Virus record (IMG/VR): IMGVR_UViG_3300037634_005573
Span: 1-64,000 of that record
Reading direction: 5' to 3' (one strand)
Length of the DNA stretch: 64,000 nt
Origin: a virus
Taxonomy: Duplodnaviria > Caudoviricetes
Position 1 is the stretch's first letter, and every line of letters starts with the position of its first letter. Positions 27,427 through 37,601 of this stretch are shown here, in pieces. The notes under the pieces were generated by a model. That model searched no databases and had not been told where the DNA came from. It worked only from the letters and a program-made list of their open reading frames with translations. The position numbers were made by a program, and so were the translations under genes.

Positions 27427-30400
27427 TTATTTCTCATTTTTTGGTTTTGTGACTACATCGAAATCCATCTTGCCGAACTCAATCATGGTGAAAAAATCAT
27501 AAGGCCAGTTATATGAATAAAATGGTATTTGGCTATCATTTTCCCTCTTCCCGACTTTGAGATCAAATTTACGGAACCTTGGATCAGTGTTTATATTATC
27601 TGCTAACACTTTGTCAAAATAACTAGTTTGGGCGCGTTGTTTTACTTTAAATACCATCCATTTAAGATCACTATTCTTGTTATCGCCGGTTTCGGAAATA
27701 TAGGAAAGAATCTCATTACCAGCTAATTCGTGAGATAAGCTTGTTTCGCCAAACTCCGGGGTTGTTCCCAATTTGGGAGATAAGTTTTGCCATATATGAG
27801 CTAAGTCGTCTTGGTTAAAAGTGTGTGAGAATTCGAAAATATACATTGAAATTGGATCAACCGAATCAGAGTTGTTTACGAAATCGAACCGCGGAGGAAT
27901 AACATATTTATCCATTTTTCTAACCAAATCGATTATCGAGTCTCCTGGAGTTATCTCGTCTGTGCTGAATTCATAGTTTGGGCTGGTGACTTTCTTGGCG
28001 GTACTGGCTATCAATTCCTTGTCGAGTGCAAAGAATTTTCTTTTGCTGGCGCGCTCAATGAACGGAATGGCTACTATAGCCTCATATACAGTCTTTGAGG
28101 TAGATAGTTTGCCGATCCTAGTCGACTTCTTTTTGAAATTCACTATATCTAACAAAGAATCAACGTTGCCAGAATCATAAGTGGCCGCAGTAGAGGAATC
28201 CAAGGGGGCTCGATTATCTAGCCATTCTTTTTCTATATTGGAAACTTCCAAGAATATGCCTTTATTTGGGTCCGTCGGAACAATGCCAAATTGATGCCAC
28301 ATACCGCGGGGGACAGACTCGCTGGCGTTAGTAGGCAGAGTTATCAAACTTCCCGTTATAGCATGAGTGCCTTGATCGTTGAAGTTCAAGGTGGGAGTCT
28401 CAAACTTGGGCTGGATTACCCACACTTGGTTGTTTGTCTGCTTATCGTCTTTAATTATAGTGGGATTGCCACTGGCATCGAATTCGACCGATCTTATAGA
28501 GGCTTTTCCAAATACATTGACCGAGGAGGTCAGTTGCATTGCAAAATTATTTACATATTGGCCGTATGGAACTTCGTCGTGCAAAGTACCAACTGGCCAG
28601 TTGCTTGAGGAGTCGACGCGCCAGTTAACCACAGAGCCACTGCCGAAAATATCGTCCAAAGTGTGAGTCTTGCTATCGGCTGTGAACAAAATGTCTGTCC
28701 AGGCCTCACCGTCATAATACGGTGGAGTGAATCCGAAATTAAACCCAAACAAACTATCGGGTTCTATAGCATCCGGAAATGATCCGGTATCAACGTATCT
28801 TCTTGCGGCGACCGGAGGACCGAAGGCGCTGGGTCGGGAATACATGGTGAAATTCTCTGTGAGTGGTTCGTCTCCAATAAGGCCGAGCGTTTGAAAGATG
28901 TTGTGCTGCGGGGTAGGATAACTGGTTGAAAATACTCGTGGTGTTCTCATACTCCTTCGCAGGCGGACTCTCATTCCGTAAGTCTTGCCCGGTATGAATT
29001 TTTTAAATTCGGTTTGTGGCCCGGATATTAGACTAGTCATTTCGCCTTGTTCTAGGAAGAAGTTGACGGTTTCTGCTAAAAAGTTGTTGGACATCATAGT
29101 ATAGAGGTCATCGCCACTCCCGTCCCAACTAGAGGTCAGGCTGAAAGAAGCACTTGGGTGGGGTTCCATATCAGAAAATGCCATATTTTTGATATAATTT
29201 TGCGGTTCGATAATCGCCTCAAATGGCACTCTATAGTCAAAACCATTTATACCGTTGCTGCCAGTGCCAAGAAGATAATATCCCGTGGAACTGGTGGTCG
29301 TCGGGTCTATCCCCTGAGAGCCGGCGGAGCCCGTGATATCAGCATTCTGAATTTGTATGATTTCTTTCGCGCCAATATAGGCAGGATAGTCGACAGCAAT
29401 TCCAGACTTGATAGTGTTGTATAGTATGCCGGGAGCAAACAGAGTAGAGTAAATTGGCCGCATCTTATTTGAAGCATCAGTAACAAAGGAGGTGGTATCT
29501 GTGCCTTGAAAGCTCATATGGCTAGAATAAGATTTGGAGAATTGAGTAGCTAATTCTGCCGTCCTTTCTGCTGGAAAGAATCCATCGTAGGGAACAAACT
29601 TCTTTATCGCTCTGATCTTGAGCTTGATTTGCGATGGCTCCACAAAGTCTTTTAATTCTGTTAAGTTCCTTCCCAAATTCGCGAATAAATCAGAAGTAGT
29701 AAATACTCCGAAGAAATTAGTTCCAGCACTATTCTCGGGGATTTCCGCGCTGGCTGTTAAAGAATTGGCGCCGAAAATACTGAATGAAGCAGTGTTGGCG
29801 CTTAAGAAGTTTCCCTGCCTAGTATTAACATAATAATCTATATGCTCCGAGATTCTAAACTCCGGCACAATTGAGTAACTTTCGTTGTGTATGTGAGTAT
29901 TTTCATTGAAGTCGCCATAAGAATCATAGAATGGCGGCCTAGAGTGGGATACAAAAGTCCCATTATCGTCTAGATATCCAGCCTGACTAGAAGCTTCCCA
30001 CAAAGCATTCCCACCAAAAAGTTGTCCCTGGCCAAGCGGGAAATAATCTGATGCCATTGAACCGATATTTCCGAGGGCGCCGGTGGAGGGGATACTGATC
30101 CCGAACAAACTCACGAACGAGTATTTTGCCCCCAGGGTATGTTTTCTGCTATATAACGGCGCCAGGCGAGTTTCGTCTTTTTGGCCGCCATGAACTTGCA
30201 CGTAGCAATTTTGTAAGGCGCCGGCTTTGGAGCCAGCAGCAACAGAGCCGGAAGATCCGGTCAAAATAGCAGTAGTTGTAAAGTCCTCTTCCGCATCGAG
30301 CGCCCAGGAACTTTGAGACAATGTAGTGTTTATATTATATGGAGCTTTCTTTAGCAGAGTGCCCTTTGATGTTCTGTTCGTCCTGGAGGTTCTCCAGAAG

Positions 30401-33400
30401 TTGTTCTCGAAATTATTTCTTGCTCGGATCTTTTCCAGTCCGATATTAACCCGGCTTGGGTATGCGGTGTTGGAAAATTTAATATATTTAAGAGTAATAT
30501 CTTCTGATTCAACAAGCCTCTTAATTTGAACTAAGCGTTCTTTATTATAGTTTGTTATCTCCAAGATATTGTTTAGCTGCTCGTTTGCAAAATGCAGTAA
30601 ATCATTGTTCTGTGATATATTAATCAAAAGATTGATGTTTTGATTGCCGGCCTTCTTACTAATCGCGATAGAGATAGGTTTATTGCTGGTGTCAATAACT
30701 GGCTCGGTGAAGGTGTAGGTTTTCTCGTTTCTCAACCTTTTAACTTGTCTTCCATTTCTATCAATAATTATCGATTCATCGCCGTATTCTGGAGTGTGAG
30801 AGACGAGATTATTCTTTTTCAGGGTCTGCATAGCTTTGGAATTTTGGTTTCTGATTTGCGACCATGAAGAAAGTTTAAATGCGGAAGCGCGGGTGGCCAT
30901 TATAGAGTTGAAGGTGGCGGCTGCATCAGTTGTGGAAAGCCCAGAATTCAAGTCTGTGTTGAGATAGTTGGTTAGATCTGTCCCCAGTGCAAAACCGATC
31001 AGGTTACTACTTGTGTCAAAAGGAGTAAGAACATTTAAGTTATAAGGATAATATGGAGTGCCCTGTGTTGTCCCGGAAAGAGCAGCAGTGAGAACGAAAT
31101 CTACCCCATCAATAAAACCGGCTGAACTGGTGATCTTACCGTCTGAAGGTATGAACCCAAATGGCACGTTATCGGCCGCGGACAAGGAGAATCCGCCATA
31201 AGACGTCGCGCTGCCGGTGATCCAAGAATACTGTAAATCGCTTCTTGGGATCTGGTGTTGAATAAAATAGTTATCGAACGTAGAGGCTGTTATATATGTC
31301 GTTCCACTGAGTTCAATTACCACTCTTCGGTTTCCGGGAGCGTTGTGAAAACTGGCTATGCCGTTCGTCTCAGCGGTGGGGAAAGATCCGCTTTTCAGTC
31401 CGAAACCTTGTTGGTGAGTTTTAAGCATAGTGATGAGGGGCTGTCTTACCGAGAGGTTTCTCCACGGCAAAGCATTGTAAGGACTCACTTCGGCGTGTTG
31501 AGCGTCGAGGCCAGGGCCGCCGAAGTTATCGCCCATGGTGGCGGGATCTCCGGGGGCTGAGAACCGGTTGACAATAATGTTTTCTTTTTTGGTTCGGGCT
31601 AGTTTTGTGTAGTCGCTCATCCCCACTACATATGAAGATGTGACCAAACTAGCCGAAAACGGAGTAAGGACAAAAAATGGATCATTGATCATTCTGCCAT
31701 TGGAAGATACAATGTCCAGAGGAGCATTATAATTTCCCAATTTTGTTCCAGCGCTGGATGCCGTATGTCTTATATTGGTAATATTAACCGGCCTTTTGGC
31801 GTGAGTCCCTCTGGCAAAAGTGGATCGTGGGCGAGAAATTGGCTGATTCGTGATCGTGATAGTGTCTGTTGTTAGATCGATCTGGAATCCTTCGGTGCGG
31901 TCTGTAACTCCGTCAAGGCTATTTGTGCCTGCCTTGGTCGATGAGTAGTGATTTATATCAACGTGCCTATATGCCGAGCCTCCGACATATTTCTCGGTGA
32001 ACGGACCTTGCATTGGAATTTCAAGTGTTGTATCATATACATCTTGGTGTATTCCATTAATGTCGAACTTAGTTGTTGAGCCAAAATCACTTATCATTTG
32101 GGCTTGATAACCGGTGGTTGGCACTCCAGCGGAAGCACTGACAAAAGTAAACGGCAACACACTAAAAGAACTTAGAGTCTGTGTTCCGAAACTAACTTTA
32201 AACCTCTTTCTTATTTTCTGGAGTGCGGTGGGCTGGCCTCTACTGGCGCACAGGTCTCTTATATTATCATTGCAGTCTTCTTCTGTGTTGAACCCGCTAA
32301 TAACCAAGCTGGCGCCGGCGACCTCATTAACTATGGATTTCCACAACTTGGAGTAAAACCCCGGAGGCACATTAATTCCACCTTGGATTGCCTTATTTAG
32401 CAAATCTCCCATTCTAGTGTCCATAGAAATACAGAGATTGTAGAGCTTGACAAACTTTCTTTTTGCGAAATCAGAGCCAACATATTTTGTTCCATCAGAT
32501 TGCGCCAAATTGGGAGCAGAGGCCGAAGAGTGTGTCTGGATTATCCTTCTGAAAGTATCGCGCTGGGAGTCGATAGTAGTATCGCCGGAAGTTATAACTG
32601 TATTGTCCCTTTCGGTGCGAGCATTCCACCAATGACAGTTATCATTTTCGTTGTTTGTTAGGGGCGAGTAGCCGCGGTGCCAAGGATATAGCATCTCTGT
32701 AATACCATAAACTTTACCTTCGATCTCGTTATCAACGAACTTCAACAATGGATAATTATATCTAATATGATTTCTTTCAAGAGCGTGACTTTCTATTACT
32801 GTATTAATATTCTCCGATGTGTCTGCTGTGATTGGCACTAGTTGCCTAATCATTTCAGACAAAGATGAATCAATCCATCGATAATAACTTAAGTATTTTT
32901 CTATATCGGGAGTATTTCCTATTTTTTCGAAATAAAGCTCTCTCAATTGTCGAAGTTCTTTATGTTCGTGTCGATATCTCTGAACTGGCTGGTGGTAGAG
33001 GTTGCTAAACTCTTTGATGCTGGCGAACATGTTCACTGCATCTTTCGAGATACTTCTATAGGGACTCTTCTCGAAGGCAAAATAATAATTAACCGGCAAA
33101 GTCTCTCGGGTGAATACTTCGTCGTCTTTGTCTAAGATTTGCACGAGATCATAACTGGATATGTCGTCTGGGATTCCCAGTTCGGCGAAATTAATAAACA
33201 CCTTATCGGTTACTTTGGTACTAGATGCGGGGAAGCTGTCCGCTATGGCCTCGTAAACATACTCAGTCGATTTAGATATGTCTCCGAAGCGGTCTAGGTT
33301 GGAGGTGGAGCCAGAGGATATGTCATTTACAGCAAACTGGCCAGAGGCGTCGGAGGAGGTGACCGACTCGAAATCCCAATGGAGAGCGAGGGTTTCGATT

Positions 33401-36141
33401 TCCGGCACGTATGTTCCCGTTAGCTCAGTTTGATTAAGAAAAGCGTTTCTACTGGGGTTTTGTGTTCCATGGTTGGAGGGGTTTTGCGCGTGCGCTGCAA
33501 TGGAGTCAGCAGCTAACGGATAAAGCCAATGTCTTACTGAGCCTATCTTTAAGTCTGTCTTAGTTGCAGTGGAGCCGGTAAAGTTTGTTTTGTGAGCGCC
33601 GGCGTAATATCTCTTGGGAGAAGACGTTAGATTCCTTCCTTGCTCGAATGTTAAGCTTTGTGTCAAAGTAAAAGAATCGACCGTGATATCTAGTTCTTTA
33701 TGGATACCGTGAAATTGCAGTGTATAGGTTCCTCCGGTGGTGCCAGTGACACCATCGGCTAGTCCAAATTTATCTGGCTTGACCGAAATTGCAAAGTTCC
33801 ACTTCTTGTTATCATAGGTCTCCGGAAAGACACTGGAAGTTAAGACAGCACCGGAACCTGTTCCGAAGCTGGCTGATAGCGAAAAATAAACATCTGGTGA
33901 TTCTTCTTTGGTCCGGATTGAATGAAGTTGAACTGCTATATCGTCAGATTGAAATGTATAGTCCGTGGCGCTGGACGTGTTTGGTAAATGAAAGCCGAAG
34001 ATAGAGGAGGAAACAAAGCTGGTGTAAAAATAACTCGGGGAGGAGATGGATTGTTTTTTTGGAAATACCACTTCCGCTTCGGAGGTAAAACCAATTTCTC
34101 GTAAGTCGTAGTTGACAAGGTTTCCAGAGACATATGTTAAAGTGGAGCCGGTCTTGTGATATATGTTTGAGTTAAAGTGATCCGGATCGTTAAAGTCTGC
34201 GAACTTCTTGCCAATAGACGGAAAAGTATACCGGTCATCATATTTGTATCGGAGATTGTTTCCGTAAATATTAACATTTATTAGTTCTTCGCCGACTCCG
34301 AAGCACCTAAACAAGTTTCTGAAACCCTTCTGTGTGCCTTTGGACTTATAGATATAAACAAGGTTGTTATATATGTTATTATAAATTTGATTTTTGGTGT
34401 CGTTTATCTGGGATTCAAACTGATTTCTTTCGTCGTGGTTGAATATTTTCTCGGCCAACTCGGCGTCTTTAAAGATTAGCGGAGAGACAAATCCTTGAGA
34501 TTCCAAAATACTACGATTAAATGGCAGTGGTTTTTCATAGCTAGAACTAGTATATTGTTTATTTTTAATTTCGCTAAGAGAGCGAATAGAAGCATAAAGC
34601 TCATCCATATAGGACGCCATAATTTGCGTCAAATTAAATAAGTTATTGCCGCCGATGCCGGTGCGGTCTTCATCAACAATCCAGTTTGGCAGAGAATAGA
34701 AGAATGAAGAGTTATTAAAAGTATCATACTCCGATCCAGAAGCTATTAGAGAATCCCTTAAAGCTACGATATCCGGGTGTGCGGCCCTTACGATAGGATC
34801 TTTGAACTCTGATATAGTAGCAGATGCCAAAACCATGGCTGAATTGGTATTTCTGGCTCCGGAGCCTGGGTATCCAACCCAGGTGCCATTCGTTACTCTT
34901 CCGGAGTAATCCAGAACCACCGAGTCAATCGAATCGACTGTGGTTATTCCTTCATTAAACTTGTAATAAACTCCCAACTCTGTATTGGAAATATCGGTGT
35001 TTGTTCCGCCGCCAACTTGGTAGCGATAATTCTCATAAATCTGTTTATCTGTTCTCTGCGTCTTCCAGAACCTGAACTCGTCTAGAGAAGAGGAAAGCTT
35101 GCCGGCGCCGGCTGCGGCAGTGGATCCGGATGGCGATGTTATGAGAGCACCGATTCGGGCTTGTAGAGCGCCGGTGACTTCTTGTAAATTAAGGGCGCCA
35201 ATGATAGTATCCGCTAGGGCGCCGTCTCTATATGATTTGACCGTTACGCCGGCGGAACCACTTTTGAAAGTAAAAGCGTAGTGATGCCAATTTCCATCGC
35301 CAACGGTGGCTGTCGTTTGTGTGATTAAGGGCGCGGCCGACTGCACACCAACGTTTGATACGCCGACGGTACCTGAATAGACGTTGAACTTCCATGCGCC
35401 TTCGTTAGCGGCTGTTCCCGTAAGGAACAGAGTGAAACGTCCATAACCAGCGCTGCTAGATGGCTGGCCATTCCACAGATCGAAAACTACTTCTTTTCTG
35501 GTTAGGCTAGTGATCCAGTTATCCTTTTTCATCCAGAACTCGACCGAATACCCTTGGGGGGGATCAAGTTTAAGATTACTATCCCGAGTTCCTACCCTAC
35601 CGGAGGCCTGCACGCCGGCTGTGGCATACACGTCGGCCTGGTATAGATTAGAACTCTCGAAAGTCGTAGCTAATGGTTTTCCGGTCATTCCCCCGGAGGC
35701 TGTATGGGGGCCGCCGTAAAGTTCAATATATTCTAAGCTATTGGGGAGGCCATAACCATCTGTTGTTGAGGCCTGGGTGCCCCAGCCATTCGAGGAAATT
35801 ATAGCATACCCGTTGGTTCTAGGGTATTTGTTTTCCAGCAAATATAAGTCCAGATAAGTTGAACTCTTTAAGAACGAGTTCTTCTCCTTTTGAGAACCAT
35901 CATACGGATATTCGTTAACGATATTAGTTATGGAGGCCGAATAGTAATTTTCAGCAGAACCGAATCTTACAAAGCTAGCGGGATTTGAAAAATCCACTAA
36001 TGGAACAAATTTCTCATTTAACTCTAGCTTTTCTTTGATATTTCCGGTCGATTCTGCCTCTTCAAATATGTCTGTGACTGTTTTTTCTAAGGTAACAGAA
36101 TCATTCTTTTTTTGTTGGTTAAATAGGTCTTTTATACTCAT
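27427..36141 (-). CDS. 2904-aa baseplate wedge-like (gp7/gpI-type) protein with LamG domain(s)
   Basis: LamG: YSVEFWMK...DGNWHHYAFTF...LDEFRFWKTQRT...GVYYKFNEG; wedge-type motif LVYIYKSKGTQKGFRNLFRCFG; lies downstream of gp6/gp25. Confidence 0.7.
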   Translation of the reverse strand: MSIKDLFNQQKKNDSVTLEKTVTDIFEEAESTGNIKEKLELNEKFVPLVDFSNPASFVRFGSAENYYSASITNIVNEYPYDGSQKEKNSFLKSSTYLDLYLLENKYPRTNGYAIISSNGWGTQASTTDGYGLPNSLEYIELYGGPHTASGGMTGKPLATTFESSNLYQADVYATAGVQASGRVGTRDSNLKLDPPQGYSVEFWMKKDNWITSLTRKEVVFDLWNGQPSSSAGYGRFTLFLTGTAANEGAWKFNVYSGTVGVSNVGVQSAAPLITQTTATVGDGNWHHYAFTFKSGSAGVTVKSYRDGALADTIIGALNLQEVTGALQARIGALITSPSGSTAAAGAGKLSSSLDEFRFWKTQRTDKQIYENYRYQVGGGTNTDISNTELGVYYKFNEGITTVDSIDSVVLDYSGRVTNGTWVGYPGSGARNTNSAMVLASATISEFKDPIVRAAHPDIVALRDSLIASGSEYDTFNNSSFFYSLPNWIVDEDRTGIGGNNLFNLTQIMASYMDELYASIRSLSEIKNKQYTSSSYEKPLPFNRSILESQGFVSPLIFKDAELAEKIFNHDERNQFESQINDTKNQIYNNIYNNLVYIYKSKGTQKGFRNLFRCFGVGEELINVNIYGNNLRYKYDDRYTFPSIGKKFADFNDPDHFNSNIYHKTGSTLTYVSGNLVNYDLREIGFTSEAEVVFPKKQSISSPSYFYTSFVSSSIFGFHLPNTSSATDYTFQSDDIAVQLHSIRTKEESPDVYFSLSASFGTGSGAVLTSSVFPETYDNKKWNFAISVKPDKFGLADGVTGTTGGTYTLQFHGIHKELDITVDSFTLTQSLTFEQGRNLTSSPKRYYAGAHKTNFTGSTATKTDLKIGSVRHWLYPLAADSIAAHAQNPSNHGTQNPSRNAFLNQTELTGTYVPEIETLALHWDFESVTSSDASGQFAVNDISSGSTSNLDRFGDISKSTEYVYEAIADSFPASSTKVTDKVFINFAELGIPDDISSYDLVQILDKDDEVFTRETLPVNYYFAFEKSPYRSISKDAVNMFASIKEFSNLYHQPVQRYRHEHKELRQLRELYFEKIGNTPDIEKYLSYYRWIDSSLSEMIRQLVPITADTSENINTVIESHALERNHIRYNYPLLKFVDNEIEGKVYGITEMLYPWHRGYSPLTNNENDNCHWWNARTERDNTVITSGDTTIDSQRDTFRRIIQTHSSASAPNLAQSDGTKYVGSDFAKRKFVKLYNLCISMDTRMGDLLNKAIQGGINVPPGFYSKLWKSIVNEVAGASLVISGFNTEEDCNDNIRDLCASRGQPTALQKIRKRFKVSFGTQTLSSFSVLPFTFVSASAGVPTTGYQAQMISDFGSTTKFDINGIHQDVYDTTLEIPMQGPFTEKYVGGSAYRHVDINHYSSTKAGTNSLDGVTDRTEGFQIDLTTDTITITNQPISRPRSTFARGTHAKRPVNITNIRHTASSAGTKLGNYNAPLDIVSSNGRMINDPFFVLTPFSASLVTSSYVVGMSDYTKLARTKKENIIVNRFSAPGDPATMGDNFGGPGLDAQHAEVSPYNALPWRNLSVRQPLITMLKTHQQGFGLKSGSFPTAETNGIASFHNAPGNRRVVIELSGTTYITASTFDNYFIQHQIPRSDLQYSWITGSATSYGGFSLSAADNVPFGFIPSDGKITSSAGFIDGVDFVLTAALSGTTQGTPYYPYNLNVLTPFDTSSNLIGFALGTDLTNYLNTDLNSGLSTTDAAATFNSIMATRASAFKLSSWSQIRNQNSKAMQTLKKNNLVSHTPEYGDESIIIDRNGRQVKRLRNEKTYTFTEPVIDTSNKPISIAISKKAGNQNINLLINISQNNDLLHFANEQLNNILEITNYNKERLVQIKRLVESEDITLKYIKFSNTAYPSRVNIGLEKIRARNNFENNFWRTSRTNRTSKGTLLKKAPYNINTTLSQSSWALDAEEDFTTTAILTGSSGSVAAGSKAGALQNCYVQVHGGQKDETRLAPLYSRKHTLGAKYSFVSLFGISIPSTGALGNIGSMASDYFPLGQGQLFGGNALWEASSQAGYLDDNGTFVSHSRPPFYDSYGDFNENTHIHNESYSIVPEFRISEHIDYYVNTRQGNFLSANTASFSIFGANSLTASAEIPENSAGTNFFGVFTTSDLFANLGRNLTELKDFVEPSQIKLKIRAIKKFVPYDGFFPAERTAELATQFSKSYSSHMSFQGTDTTSFVTDASNKMRPIYSTLFAPGILYNTIKSGIAVDYPAYIGAKEIIQIQNADITGSAGSQGIDPTTTSSTGYYLLGTGSNGINGFDYRVPFEAIIEPQNYIKNMAFSDMEPHPSASFSLTSSWDGSGDDLYTMMSNNFLAETVNFFLEQGEMTSLISGPQTEFKKFIPGKTYGMRVRLRRSMRTPRVFSTSYPTPQHNIFQTLGLIGDEPLTENFTMYSRPSAFGPPVAARRYVDTGSFPDAIEPDSLFGFNFGFTPPYYDGEAWTDILFTADSKTHTLDDIFGSGSVVNWRVDSSSNWPVGTLHDEVPYGQYVNNFAMQLTSSVNVFGKASIRSVEFDASGNPTIIKDDKQTNNQVWVIQPKFETPTLNFNDQGTHAITGSLITLPTNASESVPRGMWHQFGIVPTDPNKGIFLEVSNIEKEWLDNRAPLDSSTAATYDSGNVDSLLDIVNFKKKSTRIGKLSTSKTVYEAIVAIPFIERASKRKFFALDKELIASTAKKVTSPNYEFSTDEITPGDSIIDLVRKMDKYVIPPRFDFVNNSDSVDPISMYIFEFSHTFNQDDLAHIWQNLSPKLGTTPEFGETSLSHELAGNEILSYISETGDNKNSDLKWMVFKVKQRAQTSYFDKVLADNINTDPRFRKFDLKVGKRENDSQIPFYSYNWPYDFFTMIEFGKMDFDVVTKPKNEK

Positions 36142-37601
36142 TATTCCACCCTAAACTTGAAAACTTCGGGCTGCTCCTCATAAGAACTAACTGCACCGTT
36201 ATAAAATGACAACTTTATCCCATATGCATATCCAGCTTCCAGTAAAGAAGTATCTAAATCAAAATAATTTCCATCAACATCGAAAGACATTCTCGTATGG
36301 TTTAAGCTTCCGGTACCATACTCTACGACGTCTAATTCATCTATTATCCTATATATCCTATAGGATCCGCTCTCTATTACATAGGGAGGGGCTTTGGCGA
36401 CCGCTTTTGTATAAATGTTTGGCGACCAGTTTCTCAAGCGGGTATAGACTCTAAACCTCTCAGTCTGTCCCTTGTGATAAAGCGGCTTAAGATTAGTTAT
36501 TGTTGTGACATATGATAGATTATCATTTGCAGTCGAGAGATTCAACACCGTGGGACTGATACTCCCGGTCCAGTATTGAGTGGTAAGATCCCCACTGTGC
36601 CATACATCAAAAAGAGTAACCAACGGAGTTGCGGCAGCAGTTGTAGCAAAACTAGCAGAATATATGCCCGTTGAAACATATCCGCCCGTAACCACCGTAG
36701 GAGAGGCAACCGTAACGTGGGTTCCATCCGTGACGAGCGTTAAGGCAGAGCCGGTTGGAGTGGTCGAACCAGAATAGGCCGAAACATAAATATTGCCCGT
36801 TCCAATGTCTGGAATGTTCCTCAAGATTCCTCTGTGATAGTTATAGAGATAAACTGTGTTTAGGTTCTCGTCGGCCGTTTGGACTGAACTGGAATAGTAA
36901 AAGTTACCGCGGTTGTCAGTAGTCGCACTATCATATCTCGCCTCTATGGCTGGACGTTTGAAGAAGAATTCTGACGATCTTGAGAAAAACTTTTTAGTAT
37001 AATAGGAGCGTGTAGGTGACGAATCTAAATTGCCGGATAATTGTATCAGGACACCGTGATTGTCTTTTGTGCTAGCTAGCCAGTCCTCCACTAGAGAGGT
37101 TACATCAATTAGAAGATCTTCAGTGCCAAGTTCTCCGAAAGTTTGGGTGAAAACTGGAGAGGAGTGAGTGTGGCCGCCGGCGGTGGTCCAGGCGTTCGAT
37201 GCATCGCGGTTGGCCCAGTTTGAGCTTCCGGAATCGGAAAACTCATCCAAATCTAAGCCAGTTCCCTCGACCCAAGACTGTGAAAGCGCTGTGACTTGCA
37301 TATCATAGTTTCTGGGGAGGGAGTAAGCGTGAGGAGCATTATATAGTCTCAAGTAAAAGCTAACATTTCCAGAGGCAGGAATTGTTCCTGCTGCCCTATC
37401 TGTGCTGATTGAGTCGACATCAAATTGTGCGATGGTTCTCATAGCTTCTACCGAGGACGTGGAAATTTGCCCATAGATGGAAAATACCTCTAAAACATCA
37501 GCCAGACCCATATTGGAACTAGTTGCCCTAGTTGTGAAGTTTTGTTTATAAGCATTCGTAATACTGTTGTCTTTAGTAGCGTAATATCTCTTGATAGCCA
37601 T
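36141..37601 (-). CDS. Virion protein with a DNRLRE-type beta-sandwich domain
   Basis: RTIAQFDV...SWVEGTG...IDVTSLVEDW...NHGVLIQL...FFSRSSE...RPAIEARYD. Confidence 0.65.
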   Translation of the reverse strand: MAIKRYYATKDNSITNAYKQNFTTRATSSNMGLADVLEVFSIYGQISTSSVEAMRTIAQFDVDSISTDRAAGTIPASGNVSFYLRLYNAPHAYSLPRNYDMQVTALSQSWVEGTGLDLDEFSDSGSSNWANRDASNAWTTAGGHTHSSPVFTQTFGELGTEDLLIDVTSLVEDWLASTKDNHGVLIQLSGNLDSSPTRSYYTKKFFSRSSEFFFKRPAIEARYDSATTDNRGNFYYSSSVQTADENLNTVYLYNYHRGILRNIPDIGTGNIYVSAYSGSTTPTGSALTLVTDGTHVTVASPTVVTGGYVSTGIYSASFATTAAATPLVTLFDVWHSGDLTTQYWTGSISPTVLNLSTANDNLSYVTTITNLKPLYHKGQTERFRVYTRLRNWSPNIYTKAVAKAPPYVIESGSYRIYRIIDELDVVEYGTGSLNHTRMSFDVDGNYFDLDTSLLEAGYAYGIKLSFYNGAVSSYEEQPEVFKFRVE

